A stretch of 64,000 bases of DNA, taken from the sequence record OK018184. One strand, written 5' to 3'. Source of the DNA: Shigella phage CT01. A program made the translations under genes and the position numbers. Positions 8,808 through 18,841 of this stretch are shown piece by piece. The notes below the pieces were generated by a model that saw only the letters and a list, made by a program, of their open reading frames with translations, did not search any database and was not told where the DNA came from. How positions within the stretch are numbered: position 1 is the stretch's first letter; each line of letters starts with the position of its first letter.

Positions 8808-10621
8808 TGGTGTTTAACCCTATGCATGATTTCTTTATTTTTGCCGAGATTAAATCCGCGTTCATTCGGATTTCCCAAATAACCACAAGTTCTTCTTATT
8901 GTGTTCATCTTTTTAGGATCAGTTTCTCCACAAATAGAACAAACAAATCCGTTTTCAGTAGGAGTCATTTCATGGGTACTTCCACACGTAAAACATTTAT
9001 CTACTGGCATGTTAACACCAAAATAATCTAAATGTTGTGCAGCATAATCCCATACAGCCTCAAGACCTTTTAGGTTATTTTTCATATCAGGAAGTTCAAC
9101 ATAAGAAATGTGACCGCCTGTCGCAATGAAATGATATGGGGCTTCGCGAGAAATCTTTTCAAACGGAGTAATATTTTCTTCTACTGAAACGTGGAAACTG
9201 TTAGTGTACCAGCCTTTATCAGTAACATCCTTTACACTTCCATATTTTTCGGTATCGAGTTTACAGAAGCGATAACACAGGTTTTCAGCAGGTGTAGAAT
9301 ACAAGCTAAAAGCAAAACCAGTTCTTTCAGTCCACTGCTTAAGATGTGCATTCATTTTAGTTAAAATTTCCTGTCCAATATCACGACCGACAAGAATATT
9401 CAATTCGTGAATACCAATGTATCCTAGGGATACTGAACTTCTACCGTTTTTAAATAACTCAATTATATCATCATCGGGTTTAAGACGAACCCCGAATGCA
9501 CCTTCTTGGTAAAGAATAGGAGCAACAGTAGCTTTAACTCCTTTTAATGAACTAATTCTACACATCAATGCTTCAAAACACAAATCCATTCGTTCATTGA
9601 ACAATTCGGCAAATTTCTGTTCATTGAACTGTGTTCCAATATAAGAATCTAATGCAATACGAGGAAGATTCAGTGTTACAACGCCAAGATTATTACGTCC
9701 ATCAAGAATTTCATTACCAGTCGAATCTTTCCATACACTTAAGAAACTGCGGCAACCCATTGGAGAAACAGGAACAGATGAACCGGTGATAGCTTTATTG
9801 TTCTTAGCCGAAATGATGTCAGGATACATTCTTTTACTTGCACACTCTAGAGCAAGCTGCTTAATATCATAGTTCGGATCGTCTTTATAAAGATTAACAC
9901 CTTCTTCAACGAACATAACAAGTTTAGGAAAAATAGGAGTTATCCCATCGCGGCCAAGACCTTTAATGCGATTTTTCAGAATTGCTTTCTGAATCATTCG
10001 TTCAGTCCAGTCAGTTCCCGTACCAAATGTAATTGTTACAAAAGGAGTTTGTCCGTTTGAACTAAAGAGAGTATTTACTTCATATTCATAAGCTTGGAAT
10101 GCATCGTATACGTCTTTTTCTGTTTTAGATTGGGCATAATTCAACGCGTCAGCGATTTGCCATTTTTCTGCGTCCTCAATATGTTTTGCATAGGTGCGTT
10201 TAACATAAGGAGAAAGTACTTTATCTACATTCGCAAAAGTCGTTCCGCCATATTGATGAGAAGCAACCTGCGCAGTAATTTGTGCCATAATTGCAGTAGC
10301 AACACCGATTGATTTAGGAGTTTCAATCTGTGCATTACCGAGCTTAAATCCATTCTCAAGCATTCCTTTTAAATCTACTAAACAGCAATTAGTAAATGGA
10401 AGAGCAGGGGAATAATCAATATCATGGAAATGGATAATTCCGCTTTCATGCGCTTTCATAATAAAAGACGGGACCATATTTTTGGCAATGTGTTTAGACA
10501 CAATACCAGCCATAAGGTCCCGTTGAGTTGGAAAAACACGAGAATCTTTATTAGCATTCTCGTTTAAAAGGTCTTTATTAGTTTTATGAATTAATCCTTC
10601 AATTTCTTTTTCAATCGTCAT
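8804..10621 (-). CDS. nrdD: anaerobic ribonucleoside-triphosphate reductase
   Basis: 605 aa with the C-terminal glycyl-radical motif RRTCGY and a C-terminal zinc ribbon; one continuous ORF. Confidence 0.9.
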   Translation of the reverse strand: MTIEKEIEGLIHKTNKDLLNENANKDSRVFPTQRDLMAGIVSKHIAKNMVPSFIMKAHESGIIHFHDIDYSPALPFTNCCLVDLKGMLENGFKLGNAQIETPKSIGVATAIMAQITAQVASHQYGGTTFANVDKVLSPYVKRTYAKHIEDAEKWQIADALNYAQSKTEKDVYDAFQAYEYEVNTLFSSNGQTPFVTITFGTGTDWTERMIQKAILKNRIKGLGRDGITPIFPKLVMFVEEGVNLYKDDPNYDIKQLALECASKRMYPDIISAKNNKAITGSSVPVSPMGCRSFLSVWKDSTGNEILDGRNNLGVVTLNLPRIALDSYIGTQFNEQKFAELFNERMDLCFEALMCRISSLKGVKATVAPILYQEGAFGVRLKPDDDIIELFKNGRSSVSLGYIGIHELNILVGRDIGQEILTKMNAHLKQWTERTGFAFSLYSTPAENLCYRFCKLDTEKYGSVKDVTDKGWYTNSFHVSVEENITPFEKISREAPYHFIATGGHISYVELPDMKNNLKGLEAVWDYAAQHLDYFGVNMPVDKCFTCGSTHEMTPTENGFVCSICGETDPKKMNTIRRTCGYLGNPNERGFNLGKNKEIMHRVKHQ

Positions 10622-11091
10622 TTTAAACTCTTTCTAAGCTGCTTCTTAAATGAAGCTATTAATTGTGTTTTAGTGTCAGATTCATTATATTCAAATCCTC
10701 TTTGAAGCATCTCAGCCATCATTTCCTCTTTTCCTAAACGAGAAAATTCCTTTGATTTATCTCCAACGAAGTTAGGGTGAATATTATTTTGGGTGTAATC
10801 GGATTTTAAATAAGTAAGTAAATTTTCTAACCATTCAAGATAATCAACACCTTGTCCCTTTAAGCCAGAACGATTAAATTTATGTTTCATTTGACCTTCT
10901 GCAGCATTGCAGAGATTACATAGCAACCCACGTACCTTTCCTGCTTTTGGTCCATTTAATTCATGGTCATGGTCAAGGTGATTAGCTTGAACATCAGGAT
11001 TTAGTTCTCGTTGGCAAATTAAGCATTTACCGTTTTGTGCATTATAAAATTTTTGTTTTTCTTCTTTGTACAATTTGCCAGTCAATAACAT
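10618..11091 (-). CDS. 49: endonuclease VII (Holliday-junction resolvase)
   Basis: 157 aa with zinc-binding CLICQ and CNLCN pairs; matches T4 gp49 as recalled. Confidence 0.8.
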   Translation of the reverse strand: MLLTGKLYKEEKQKFYNAQNGKCLICQRELNPDVQANHLDHDHELNGPKAGKVRGLLCNLCNAAEGQMKHKFNRSGLKGQGVDYLEWLENLLTYLKSDYTQNNIHPNFVGDKSKEFSRLGKEEMMAEMLQRGFEYNESDTKTQLIASFKKQLRKSLK

Positions 11092-11356
11092 AATAAACCC
11101 TTACCTTAAATAGATAAGGGTATTTATTATTTTCAAGTATTAAAATGCTCGTTCAGAAAAAGAAATTTGAGTTTCAAGAAGTTCTCGTTGGCAAATTAAG
11201 CATTTACCGTTTTGTGCATTATAAAATTTTTGTTTTTCTTCTTTGTACAATTTGCCAGTCAATAACATAATAAACCCTTACCTTAAATAGATAAGGGTAT
11301 TTATTATTTTCAAGTATTAAAATGCTCGTTCAGAAAAAGAAATTTGAGTTTCAAGC
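11003..11356. repeat. perfect tandem duplication, two units of 177 bp
   Basis: 11003-11178 is identical to 11180-11355; the unit holds the last codons of the upstream ORF, the intergenic region and the first 29 codons of gene 49. Confidence 0.9.
11140..11268 (-). pseudogene. duplication-derived chimeric ORF (gene 49 codons 1-29 fused to the last 13 codons of the upstream gene)
   Basis: Hand translation across the junction gives MLLTGKLYKEEKQKFYNAQNGKCLICQRELLETQISFSERAF. Confidence 0.4.
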
Positions 11357-11781
11357 CATTCAATATATTCTGCTGCAGCTTGCATCAAATTTCCTTCATA
11401 GCCATCGTTATTTTCTTGTGCAGCTAATTTAGCTAATGCATATGAAATACGTTCACCCTGAAAAGCGGCTTTAGGTTTATGAATAGCTTGATCAACTCGT
11501 TCTACAACTTCTTCAATTTCGCCATTTTCTACTGATTCAGTATTCCACAAGCACCAATACGTAATTGGCTTATCATAGATGTTAATAACCTTTCCGTCAG
11601 AAAGTTCAATTTCAATAATTCCAGTATCAGGTTCTATATCATCTTCACATTCTTTTGCAAGTTCACGAACTTTAAAGACAGTACCTGCACTAAGTTCCGG
11701 CCAGTAATTACACAACCCTTTATCAGCACGATTAATTCTAAACCACTTATCTACTGTAATCATGTCCCATCTCCATATCAA
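11317..11781 (-). CDS. hypothetical protein (by position possibly the pin protease-inhibitor homolog)
   Basis: 154-aa ORF directly upstream of gene 49; assignment is by synteny only. Confidence 0.4.
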   Translation of the reverse strand: MIWRWDMITVDKWFRINRADKGLCNYWPELSAGTVFKVRELAKECEDDIEPDTGIIEIELSDGKVINIYDKPITYWCLWNTESVENGEIEEVVERVDQAIHKPKAAFQGERISYALAKLAAQENNDGYEGNLMQAAAEYIEWLETQISFSERAF

Positions 11782-11886
11782 TTATGTCATTTATTGTAGG
11801 TTCATTATATACTGTTTCTTCATCAGTGTAAACCGGTTCTTCCGGCTCTGGCTCTACTGTTTCCCATCTAGCCGCCCACCAAGGTT

Positions 11887-12207
11887 TTATAGCGTAATCC
11901 ATTCTCGTATTGTCTGAGTTACTACACGTTCACGGGGCTCGACTAGTTCAACAGTCGGAACTGCATAATACCAGTCAGAATGGTAAGAACCTGAGCGAGA
12001 TTCATTTACAGACACATGTACATTATGTTTTGGACTAAAATAAACACACTGACGATATTGACATTTGCCATCTTGCACCCAGTCTTCTATTTCGACAGGT
12101 TTAAGATAATCCGAAAAATCGAAATCATAGTTTTCTGAAAATGCATCATGGTCTTCGATGATTTCGCTCAGAACTGCATCAACATCTAATTTATTTTCAA
12201 TAGTCAT
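11887..12207 (-). CDS. hypothetical protein
   Basis: 106-aa acidic ORF. Confidence 0.45.
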   Translation of the reverse strand: MTIENKLDVDAVLSEIIEDHDAFSENYDFDFSDYLKPVEIEDWVQDGKCQYRQCVYFSPKHNVHVSVNESRSGSYHSDWYYAVPTVELVEPRERVVTQTIREWITL

Positions 12208-12217
12208 TTGTCACCAC

Positions 12218-12427
12218 TTAATTTCGCAATTTATTAAGTTCTTCATAATCAATCCAGGATTCTAATCCTGATGGCAAATCAGATTCAATTTCCCAAAGAA
12301 GCTCTTCAATTTTCTGAAGACGATCTAATTCTTCAGCTGGAATAGTAACCATTGACGGAGTTCTTGATACACTAATATCGTAAATCATATTTACCCCAGT
12401 TTGACCATACAATCGCCGTATTTCCAT
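12218..12427 (-). CDS. hypothetical protein
   Basis: 69-aa ORF. Confidence 0.4.
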   Translation of the reverse strand: MEIRRLYGQTGVNMIYDISVSRTPSMVTIPAEELDRLQKIEELLWEIESDLPSGLESWIDYEELNKLRN

Positions 12428-12606
12428 TTAGAAATAGACTTTTCACCATTAGAATAATAAACTTCTAGTTTAGCGCGGCCATTTTTAATTTGAATAACCT
12501 TTGCTGTCATTAAAGTTCCATACCCATAATAAACTGCAACCTCATCCCCCACATATACCGCGCTTCCGCGGTAGTCATGGATATAATCAGTTCCTTCAAG
12601 CATCAT
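12391..12606 (-). CDS. hypothetical protein
   Basis: 71-aa ORF overlapping the nrdC stop by 4 nt. Confidence 0.4.
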   Translation of the reverse strand: MMLEGTDYIHDYRGSAVYVGDEVAVYYGYGTLMTAKVIQIKNGRAKLEVYYSNGEKSISKWKYGDCMVKLG

Positions 12607-12866
12607 TTAAAGTATTCCCGCAATTGGTCAAATCCACCAATATGACTTCCATCAGGAGCAAATACCTGAGGCATCGTCAATCCGATTTGAGTATCACGAC
12701 CTAGTTTAGTCAGAAGCTCAGCAATTTTCTCATCATCAAAAACACCTTTTTCCGGCATAATATTGATAAATTCAAACGGCTGTTTCTTCACAGTCAAAAG
12801 ACGTTTTGCATTATCGCAATACACACATTTATGGATGTTGCTATCATAACCATATACTTTAAACAT
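12603..12866 (-). CDS. nrdC: glutaredoxin/thioredoxin NrdC
   Basis: 87 aa with a CVYC active-site motif; matches T4 NrdC as recalled. Confidence 0.75.
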   Translation of the reverse strand: MFKVYGYDSNIHKCVYCDNAKRLLTVKKQPFEFINIMPEKGVFDDEKIAELLTKLGRDTQIGLTMPQVFAPDGSHIGGFDQLREYFK

Positions 12867-12867
12867 A

Positions 12868-13110
12868 TTATTCCTTAATTCCTAGTACTTGTTTAAAAGT
12901 CTCGTCGTAATCAAGACTTTGACCTGTTTGTTCTTTATGTTTGTATATAATATCACTTACTTCTGATAGCATATTTTTATATGAACGAGTTAAAGCAGAT
13001 TTAAGCACACTATATCTATCAGGAAATTTACCATGTTCATTATAATAAGCTATTGCTAATTCACGGACTGCCTTTTCAGCAGTCTCCATATATTCTTTAC
13101 GCTTTGTCAT
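12868..13110 (-). CDS. hypothetical protein
   Basis: 80-aa ORF. Confidence 0.45.
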
Positions 13111-13414
13111 TTTCTTCTCGGTTAAATCGGTGTTTACAATGACGACATTTATAACGAAGAATACTAGTTTGCCAATGAATCAATTGAACCTGTTCAGTAC
13201 CACATTTTGGGCAGTTCGGAACATTCTTAGAAGCCCTTTCGCGGCGTTCAACCATAACCATAATGGCATCCCAAGCAGGAGGTTTAAAGTCTAGATCGTC
13301 ATCGCCATGAATCTTTCCACGCATTTCTAGATCGTCTTCTTCACCAGCCATAATAATTTTAATTAGACTGGAATTACTTGAAGCTGCAATATCTTCTAAT
13401 AAGCGCTTTTTCAT
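13097..13414 (-). CDS. zinc-ribbon protein
   Basis: 105 aa with CPKCG...CRHCKH cysteine pairs. Confidence 0.5.
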
Positions 13415-14340
13415 TTCAGTACCTCAATAGCATCACGTAAACCATTTGCTTTTGCATTAAGAGCTTTTAACAATTTGGTATGTTCGGCAATCTGAGCTTC
13501 AACTTCAATCAAACGAGCATTGAGATATTCACGTTCTTCGCTCAGGTTATCAACCTTTTCTACTTTAGATTCTTTTACAACTGGCTTATATGTATTAGGG
13601 TTCTTCAGTTTAATTAGAATGCGTGAACTGTATAACATTGAACCATTATCTTCGGTTTCATCATACATTTCCACTACGTCCATCATCTCCACCATCGTGC
13701 AGAGTTTATAAGACAGCGAACGAATAGTTTTGTTATGCTTATTAATTTCTCTAGCTGTCATGGTGCCGAGATTACGTGAGTAATAATAAGGAACCTGGAT
13801 ATTAATTAATACTGATGAACCACCTGGCTTGTGTGTTACTTCATCAGCAATAACCCAATCCTTAACATGAACTGTATTTGTACGGTCATCGCCTGCGGTA
13901 AATAGTTTGCGAGCATGCTTAAAAAGCATATTCACTTGGTCATTGAATTGACAAGCAAATTTATCAGCAAATTTAGTTTCAGGAATGGTAGATAACCAAT
14001 CAGCCAAATGGGTCTTTTTAACATCGTTAACAATAGTAAATTCAACCAAATCAGTTATAGATGTCTCAGATTTAATAAAGCTCGGCTTCATAAAGTTTTT
14101 AATGTTATCACGAGCTATCACAGAAGATAGTAATCGGGAACGTTTGAACCACTCTAGCAAAGAACCAAGAGAATGTGAATACGCATTTTGTGTATCTTTA
14201 CAAATATGGTTTTCCCATCCAATATAGTCTAAAAAATCACGAAGAATATTATTGATTACTGCTCTATGTCCTATCTGATAATTACGATGTTTAGTAATAA
14301 GACTATCAAAATAATCAATATAATGTTTACGAGTTTTCAT
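13411..14340 (-). CDS. hypothetical protein, member 1 of a four-gene paralog array
   Basis: 309 aa; N-terminal motif RSRLLSSVIARDNIKNF; C-terminal heptad-like coiled coil. Confidence 0.55.
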   Translation of the reverse strand: MKTRKHYIDYFDSLITKHRNYQIGHRAVINNILRDFLDYIGWENHICKDTQNAYSHSLGSLLEWFKRSRLLSSVIARDNIKNFMKPSFIKSETSITDLVEFTIVNDVKKTHLADWLSTIPETKFADKFACQFNDQVNMLFKHARKLFTAGDDRTNTVHVKDWVIADEVTHKPGGSSVLINIQVPYYYSRNLGTMTAREINKHNKTIRSLSYKLCTMVEMMDVVEMYDETEDNGSMLYSSRILIKLKNPNTYKPVVKESKVEKVDNLSEEREYLNARLIEVEAQIAEHTKLLKALNAKANGLRDAIEVLK

Positions 14341-14392
14341 GTTCTTCTCACTTGGTTAATGATTTATACTCCGAGCCATCCTTGGCTTTAAA

Positions 14393-15394
14393 TTACTTAA
14401 TTAACTGTAAAGCTTGTTCAAGACGATCCAGACGATTAACAGATTCTTCCCAAATCCTTTTAGCCTGCTCATATTCTTTCTGCGCTTTATTAGAAATTTC
14501 TAGAACTTCTTTATAAGCCTTTTCTAGTGCAATAACTTCTGGACGAATTTCTACAGGTTCAGGCGAATCATCAAGATTATCCATTAGTTCCTCAAGTGTA
14601 ATTTCTTCTTTAGGAGTATTCACAATTTCATCACATTTTTGTTGGTAAATTTCTTTATCAGTCGGTGAGTACGCACATTTCACTTCACGAAGACTAACTA
14701 CAATTTTATATCCTTCCCAACCGCATATATTCTTAAAAGGATACGTATGAATATTTTCTACTGTTTCCATACAAAGTAATGCGGTTTCTAATTGACGAGT
14801 TATAGTGCTAGCAATTGAGAAAAATTTATTAATATTCCTTTGGTTAGTTTCTGGTGTAAAAAATCCATAATTCACAAAAATAGATACTTTATTTTTATCA
14901 AGTTCATATTCTTTTATGATAATCATATCAGAAGCCAAAGGATGAATTTGACGATAATCGCCATAACATAATTTAGAAGCTGATTTTAGAATCTGTCCTT
15001 TGAAAAGCCTGAAATTACTAATCCAACGACGAGTAAAAATATTCTCAGGGTCTTCTTTATTATTAAGATGATAAGAATTAACATCACCGAACCAATTATA
15101 TCCTACTACATCTTTGGTTCGTTTAATTTCTTTCCCAAAATTACCAAGAATATCCCGATTAACCAAATATGAAAGAAGACGAGACTCTTTAAAGGTTTTC
15201 TTGATAACATCTTTATCTACACGACTAGAAATTTTACGAATTTCATGAATAAATTTAGTAGAAGAAACAATACCTGCATCAACACTATTGAGCCATTGAT
15301 TGATAATAGAAATAACGCTATTTTGACCAAACATCGGTATAGCTTTATCATCAATAACACTATTGAATGATTTGATATATTCGTTACGAGTCAT
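14393..15394 (-). CDS. hypothetical protein, paralog array member 2
   Basis: ATG at 15394 preceded by GAGGAG; motif ESRLLSYLVNRDILGNF; C-terminal coiled coil. Confidence 0.5.
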   Translation of the reverse strand: MTRNEYIKSFNSVIDDKAIPMFGQNSVISIINQWLNSVDAGIVSSTKFIHEIRKISSRVDKDVIKKTFKESRLLSYLVNRDILGNFGKEIKRTKDVVGYNWFGDVNSYHLNNKEDPENIFTRRWISNFRLFKGQILKSASKLCYGDYRQIHPLASDMIIIKEYELDKNKVSIFVNYGFFTPETNQRNINKFFSIASTITRQLETALLCMETVENIHTYPFKNICGWEGYKIVVSLREVKCAYSPTDKEIYQQKCDEIVNTPKEEITLEELMDNLDDSPEPVEIRPEVIALEKAYKEVLEISNKAQKEYEQAKRIWEESVNRLDRLEQALQLIK

Positions 15395-15419
15395 ATTAAT
15401 CTCCTCAGTAGAAAGTAAG

Positions 15420-15455
15420 AACATTATACCACATCCTTGTGGCAAAGTAAACTAG
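15420..15455 (-). promoter_or_regulatory. T4 early-type promoter
   Basis: Minus strand reads GTTTAC, an 18-nt spacer, then TGGTATAAT. Confidence 0.5.
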
Positions 15456-16480
15456 TTCAGTGCATTTAGTGCATTGTTCAGTTTAGAACGTTGCTTTGTC
15501 AGATTTTGAACCCTTGACTGAGCTTGTTCTAACACCTTTTCAGCTTCTAGCACTTCATTGGTCGCTTTAACGAGTTCATCATCTACTGCCTTAAGAGACT
15601 TCTCAATCGCGTCAGCGTGCCATTTTTCTACAGGTTTAAAATTTGAATTTTCAGTAGGAAGAAAACTCACTTTATTAAGTTTACATGCATCTATATTGCT
15701 TGAGCTATACATCCAAAATTTAGGATCGTTTGATGAGTAATTGGATAAATTTAAATTTAAGTTATCTTGCACTTCTTGCTTTTTCTCTTGCGGGACTTCG
15801 TCCTTTCTCAAAAAATCGTATTTAAATGAAACGATCATATCAAGTTCATACGTTGTTGTGTCTAATTTAAATCGTTCAAAACGAGGTAAAATCTTAGATT
15901 GAACAGCAGCAACAACATCCATATACTTAAATGCTTCTGTCAACTGCGATTTAAGGCATTCGCAAATTGAAAGAGAATTTTTTGTATTAGGTTTAAAGCT
16001 AATTCGTGCAGTTCTGTTATTTTCTTTTAATGGTCTTACTTCCATCTGAAGAGTATAACCATCAAATTTCAGGTTCTTTAAGTTAATATCAGAACCTTTC
16101 AATCGACTCGCAGTTGATAAAATTTGCTTTAATTGTCTACGGAACAGAGCAATAAATCTCCATTCAATACGATAATGATTTGGATTGAAAAATCCAGATG
16201 ATAAATCGACCTTACTTTGACCAACGCCTTGAACAAATAGAGGATTTTTATAATCAATAGTTTTACAGAAATCGGTGAGTTGCTCACGAGCAGTCATTTG
16301 TGTAATATACCCCGCTTTACTAAAATTACGCATCCATTCACTGCTATTCGTATACTTAAAGTGATGAATAACACGATTAACTTTATCAGGGTCTAAATTA
16401 TTTTCACACAAAAATGTCATAACATCACGAGTATAGCTGGCATTACGAACCATATCTTCAATTTGAGAACGAGTTTTCAT
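15452..16480 (-). CDS. hypothetical protein, paralog array member 3
   Basis: 342 aa; starts MKTR like member 1; C-terminal coiled coil. Confidence 0.55.
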   Translation of the reverse strand: MKTRSQIEDMVRNASYTRDVMTFLCENNLDPDKVNRVIHHFKYTNSSEWMRNFSKAGYITQMTAREQLTDFCKTIDYKNPLFVQGVGQSKVDLSSGFFNPNHYRIEWRFIALFRRQLKQILSTASRLKGSDINLKNLKFDGYTLQMEVRPLKENNRTARISFKPNTKNSLSICECLKSQLTEAFKYMDVVAAVQSKILPRFERFKLDTTTYELDMIVSFKYDFLRKDEVPQEKKQEVQDNLNLNLSNYSSNDPKFWMYSSSNIDACKLNKVSFLPTENSNFKPVEKWHADAIEKSLKAVDDELVKATNEVLEAEKVLEQAQSRVQNLTKQRSKLNNALNALN

Positions 16481-16488
16481 GGTGTTCC

Positions 16489-17379
16489 TTAAGATTTAAG
16501 TAAATCAACAATTTTAATTAACTTTTCACGCTCAGATTTAGCTTTACTACTCAATCCAGATAGTCTAAAAATTTCATCATCATATTGTTGAATAGAAATA
16601 TTCAGCTCTTCAATCTGCTTATTAAAATAATCAATTTGTTCAGAATGTTTTTCGTTACTACGAACTGGTACAGGTTTTGTAGGCAATGTAGTTGAACTGG
16701 ATTCATCCGGGCGATAAATTAAAATACAACTTGAACCAATAGGGCATTTTGCACCAGATGAATATTCTAATGTTCCAGCTTCTTTTAAAACTTCAAAAGC
16801 TAAACAGAGATGATGTCCCATATTAACATAATCTGTAGAGTGAGCTCTGATGTAATAATCATCTCCACGAATACTAAATTTAAAGCATTTAAGGTCTTCT
16901 GTATTATTGGTCTTAAAAATCATTTGTTTATCTAGACCTTTAGCTAATCGAGCGCCCAATGCTAATAATCGTCGTTGATTTTCCCACAAATCCGCAATCA
17001 TTTGATCGAATGATAATTTCGGCATTAGTCGACCATAAAGGTCATATCCTTTATTATAATTACGAAGAATTTCACTCGCATTAATACGAGACAACGCTCC
17101 AATTTTATTAAGGGCTTTCATAATGCGATTAGATAAACTCATTCCAGACCCATTTGTTCGCTGTAAATGTTTTTCTAATCCAAAGCCAATATCAACTTTA
17201 AACTTATCTAAAATTTCGGCATGAACATCTCTGTCAATAACATTCAAATCCAAAGTTGGGTTAAATCTATGAAAAAATTTATCTGGCTCTCCACGACGAA
17301 ATACAGTCCATTCATTCATCATTTTTTTATTAACTAAAGATTTAATTACTGCATTGACATTATTAATTACCACTGACAT
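16489..17379 (-). CDS. hypothetical protein, paralog array member 4
   Basis: ATG at 17379 preceded by GAGGAAAAT; C-terminal coiled coil. Confidence 0.5.
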   Translation of the reverse strand: MSVVINNVNAVIKSLVNKKMMNEWTVFRRGEPDKFFHRFNPTLDLNVIDRDVHAEILDKFKVDIGFGLEKHLQRTNGSGMSLSNRIMKALNKIGALSRINASEILRNYNKGYDLYGRLMPKLSFDQMIADLWENQRRLLALGARLAKGLDKQMIFKTNNTEDLKCFKFSIRGDDYYIRAHSTDYVNMGHHLCLAFEVLKEAGTLEYSSGAKCPIGSSCILIYRPDESSSTTLPTKPVPVRSNEKHSEQIDYFNKQIEELNISIQQYDDEIFRLSGLSSKAKSEREKLIKIVDLLKS

Positions 17380-17386
17380 ATTTTCC

Positions 17387-17794
17387 TCACTCAATTTCAA
17401 TTTTACTAAATACACAGAATATGATTGAACAGACTACATAAGCACCACACACAGATTGAACTAATACCATCCCAAAGAACCAAACAATATTATCAAACAG
17501 TGTCTGTTTTACGTCGAAAGGACGTAAACTTACAGTAATATTATCACCTTTTTCTATTGAAGAATACATCTCTGGGGAAATATATTCACTAAATCTATAA
17601 CCGTCTTTGAGTTCATATACGGCAATAAACGATAAACTAGACCCTTTTCCTTGTGTTCCTGTAATGGTATTAACTACAGTAACATCATAATCTTTATAAT
17701 GCATATAATCATTAATTGCATAATAACCATATGCAACTACTACACATAAACAACATATCAATAAATTCAATCTTTTAATTATCAACTGTTTCAT
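17387..17794 (-). CDS. hypothetical membrane protein
   Basis: 135 aa with hydrophobic N- and C-terminal segments. Confidence 0.5.
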   Translation of the reverse strand: MKQLIIKRLNLLICCLCVVVAYGYYAINDYMHYKDYDVTVVNTITGTQGKGSSLSFIAVYELKDGYRFSEYISPEMYSSIEKGDNITVSLRPFDVKQTLFDNIVWFFGMVLVQSVCGAYVVCSIIFCVFSKIEIE

Positions 17795-17821
17795 AATAAT
17801 CTCAATTAAAAGGGCTTAGAA

Positions 17822-17850
17822 CCATTATACCATCCTTGGTATAAAGCGGT
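17822..17850 (-). promoter_or_regulatory. middle-type promoter candidate (MotA-box-like element plus -10)
   Basis: Minus strand reads CGCTTTA about 12 nt upstream of TGGTATAAT. Confidence 0.3.
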
Positions 17851-18377
17851 TATGCGAGTACCGTCTTTAACCGTTCTTCAAACTTCCGAAGAGTATTTTG
17901 GCGTTCAGCTCTTTGCTTTTTGTAAGTTTCAATACGCTCTGAAATGAGAGTGTATCGTTCATTTACTGATTCTTTCATAAAATCAGGAATTTCACGAGAA
18001 GCTTTAATCTCGTCAAATTTATCAATAACAGCTTGCTCTTCAGCAATTAAGTTATCATACATTAAAATATCTTTCTTGATAAACTCAATATCTTCTTGAG
18101 TTACACGAGATAACTTAGATGCTTTATCCTTTTTGTACTGTTCATTAGTATCACGAGACCAGTGTAATGTACGATTTTTATTCGTATTCTTGTAAATTTC
18201 TACAATACCAATCTCATCGATAATAACGATCCAATTCCAACGGGATTTGTAAATTTGTCCTCCATCAACTGTGATTTCACCTCCGATTGAGATGTCGTTA
18301 AAGAACTTGCTTTGTGCTTCAGATTTAAATTTACCATCGTTGTAATTTACCAAGTTGAAAATATCTTTAGCGTTCAT
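17850..18377 (-). CDS. hypothetical protein
   Basis: 175-aa ORF with a charged helical C-terminus. Confidence 0.5.
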   Translation of the reverse strand: MNAKDIFNLVNYNDGKFKSEAQSKFFNDISIGGEITVDGGQIYKSRWNWIVIIDEIGIVEIYKNTNKNRTLHWSRDTNEQYKKDKASKLSRVTQEDIEFIKKDILMYDNLIAEEQAVIDKFDEIKASREIPDFMKESVNERYTLISERIETYKKQRAERQNTLRKFEERLKTVLA

Positions 18378-18402
18378 TTTCTGTTCCTCCGTAGTTGATA
18401 GT

Positions 18403-18437
18403 TGTATAGTACCATAGAGGAACAGTCTTGTAAACCA
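18403..18437 (-). promoter_or_regulatory. T4 early-type promoter
   Basis: Minus strand reads GTTTAC, an 18-nt spacer, then TGGTACTAT. Confidence 0.45.
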
Positions 18438-18752
18438 CTAAAAGAAACTTCTTTCACAATTTTTTCCACTGAACCATGCGCTCACTGCTTTCTTAGTCTC
18501 AGGAGCAGTGTTATCCATAAACCATTCAAAGGCAGCCTTTTTATGATTCTGGAGGGCTTCTCGGGCTTTAATCTGCTCACGGTCTATTAACACTAACATA
18601 TGAGCCTTTCTTGTCACCATGGGCTTCTTATGATTTTTTGAATACTCCCAGTCATTTGTCCATCGCATTGTCGTTGCGAACTTAAATACTGCTTCTTTAA
18701 TTTTAGTTTCGTAAATTTCACGAGCCTTTGAGTATAACATCATTACCTCCAT
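18438..18752 (-). CDS. hypothetical protein
   Basis: 104-aa ORF. Confidence 0.45.
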   Translation of the reverse strand: MEVMMLYSKAREIYETKIKEAVFKFATTMRWTNDWEYSKNHKKPMVTRKAHMLVLIDREQIKAREALQNHKKAAFEWFMDNTAPETKKAVSAWFSGKNCERSFF

Positions 18753-18841
18753 TCACCAGTTTAATTCTAGTTATCTTTTTAATGGCAGTCCATATAATCT
18801 ATTTCTGAACTGCCTTTTTGTCATAGAAGTCCTCTTATGAA

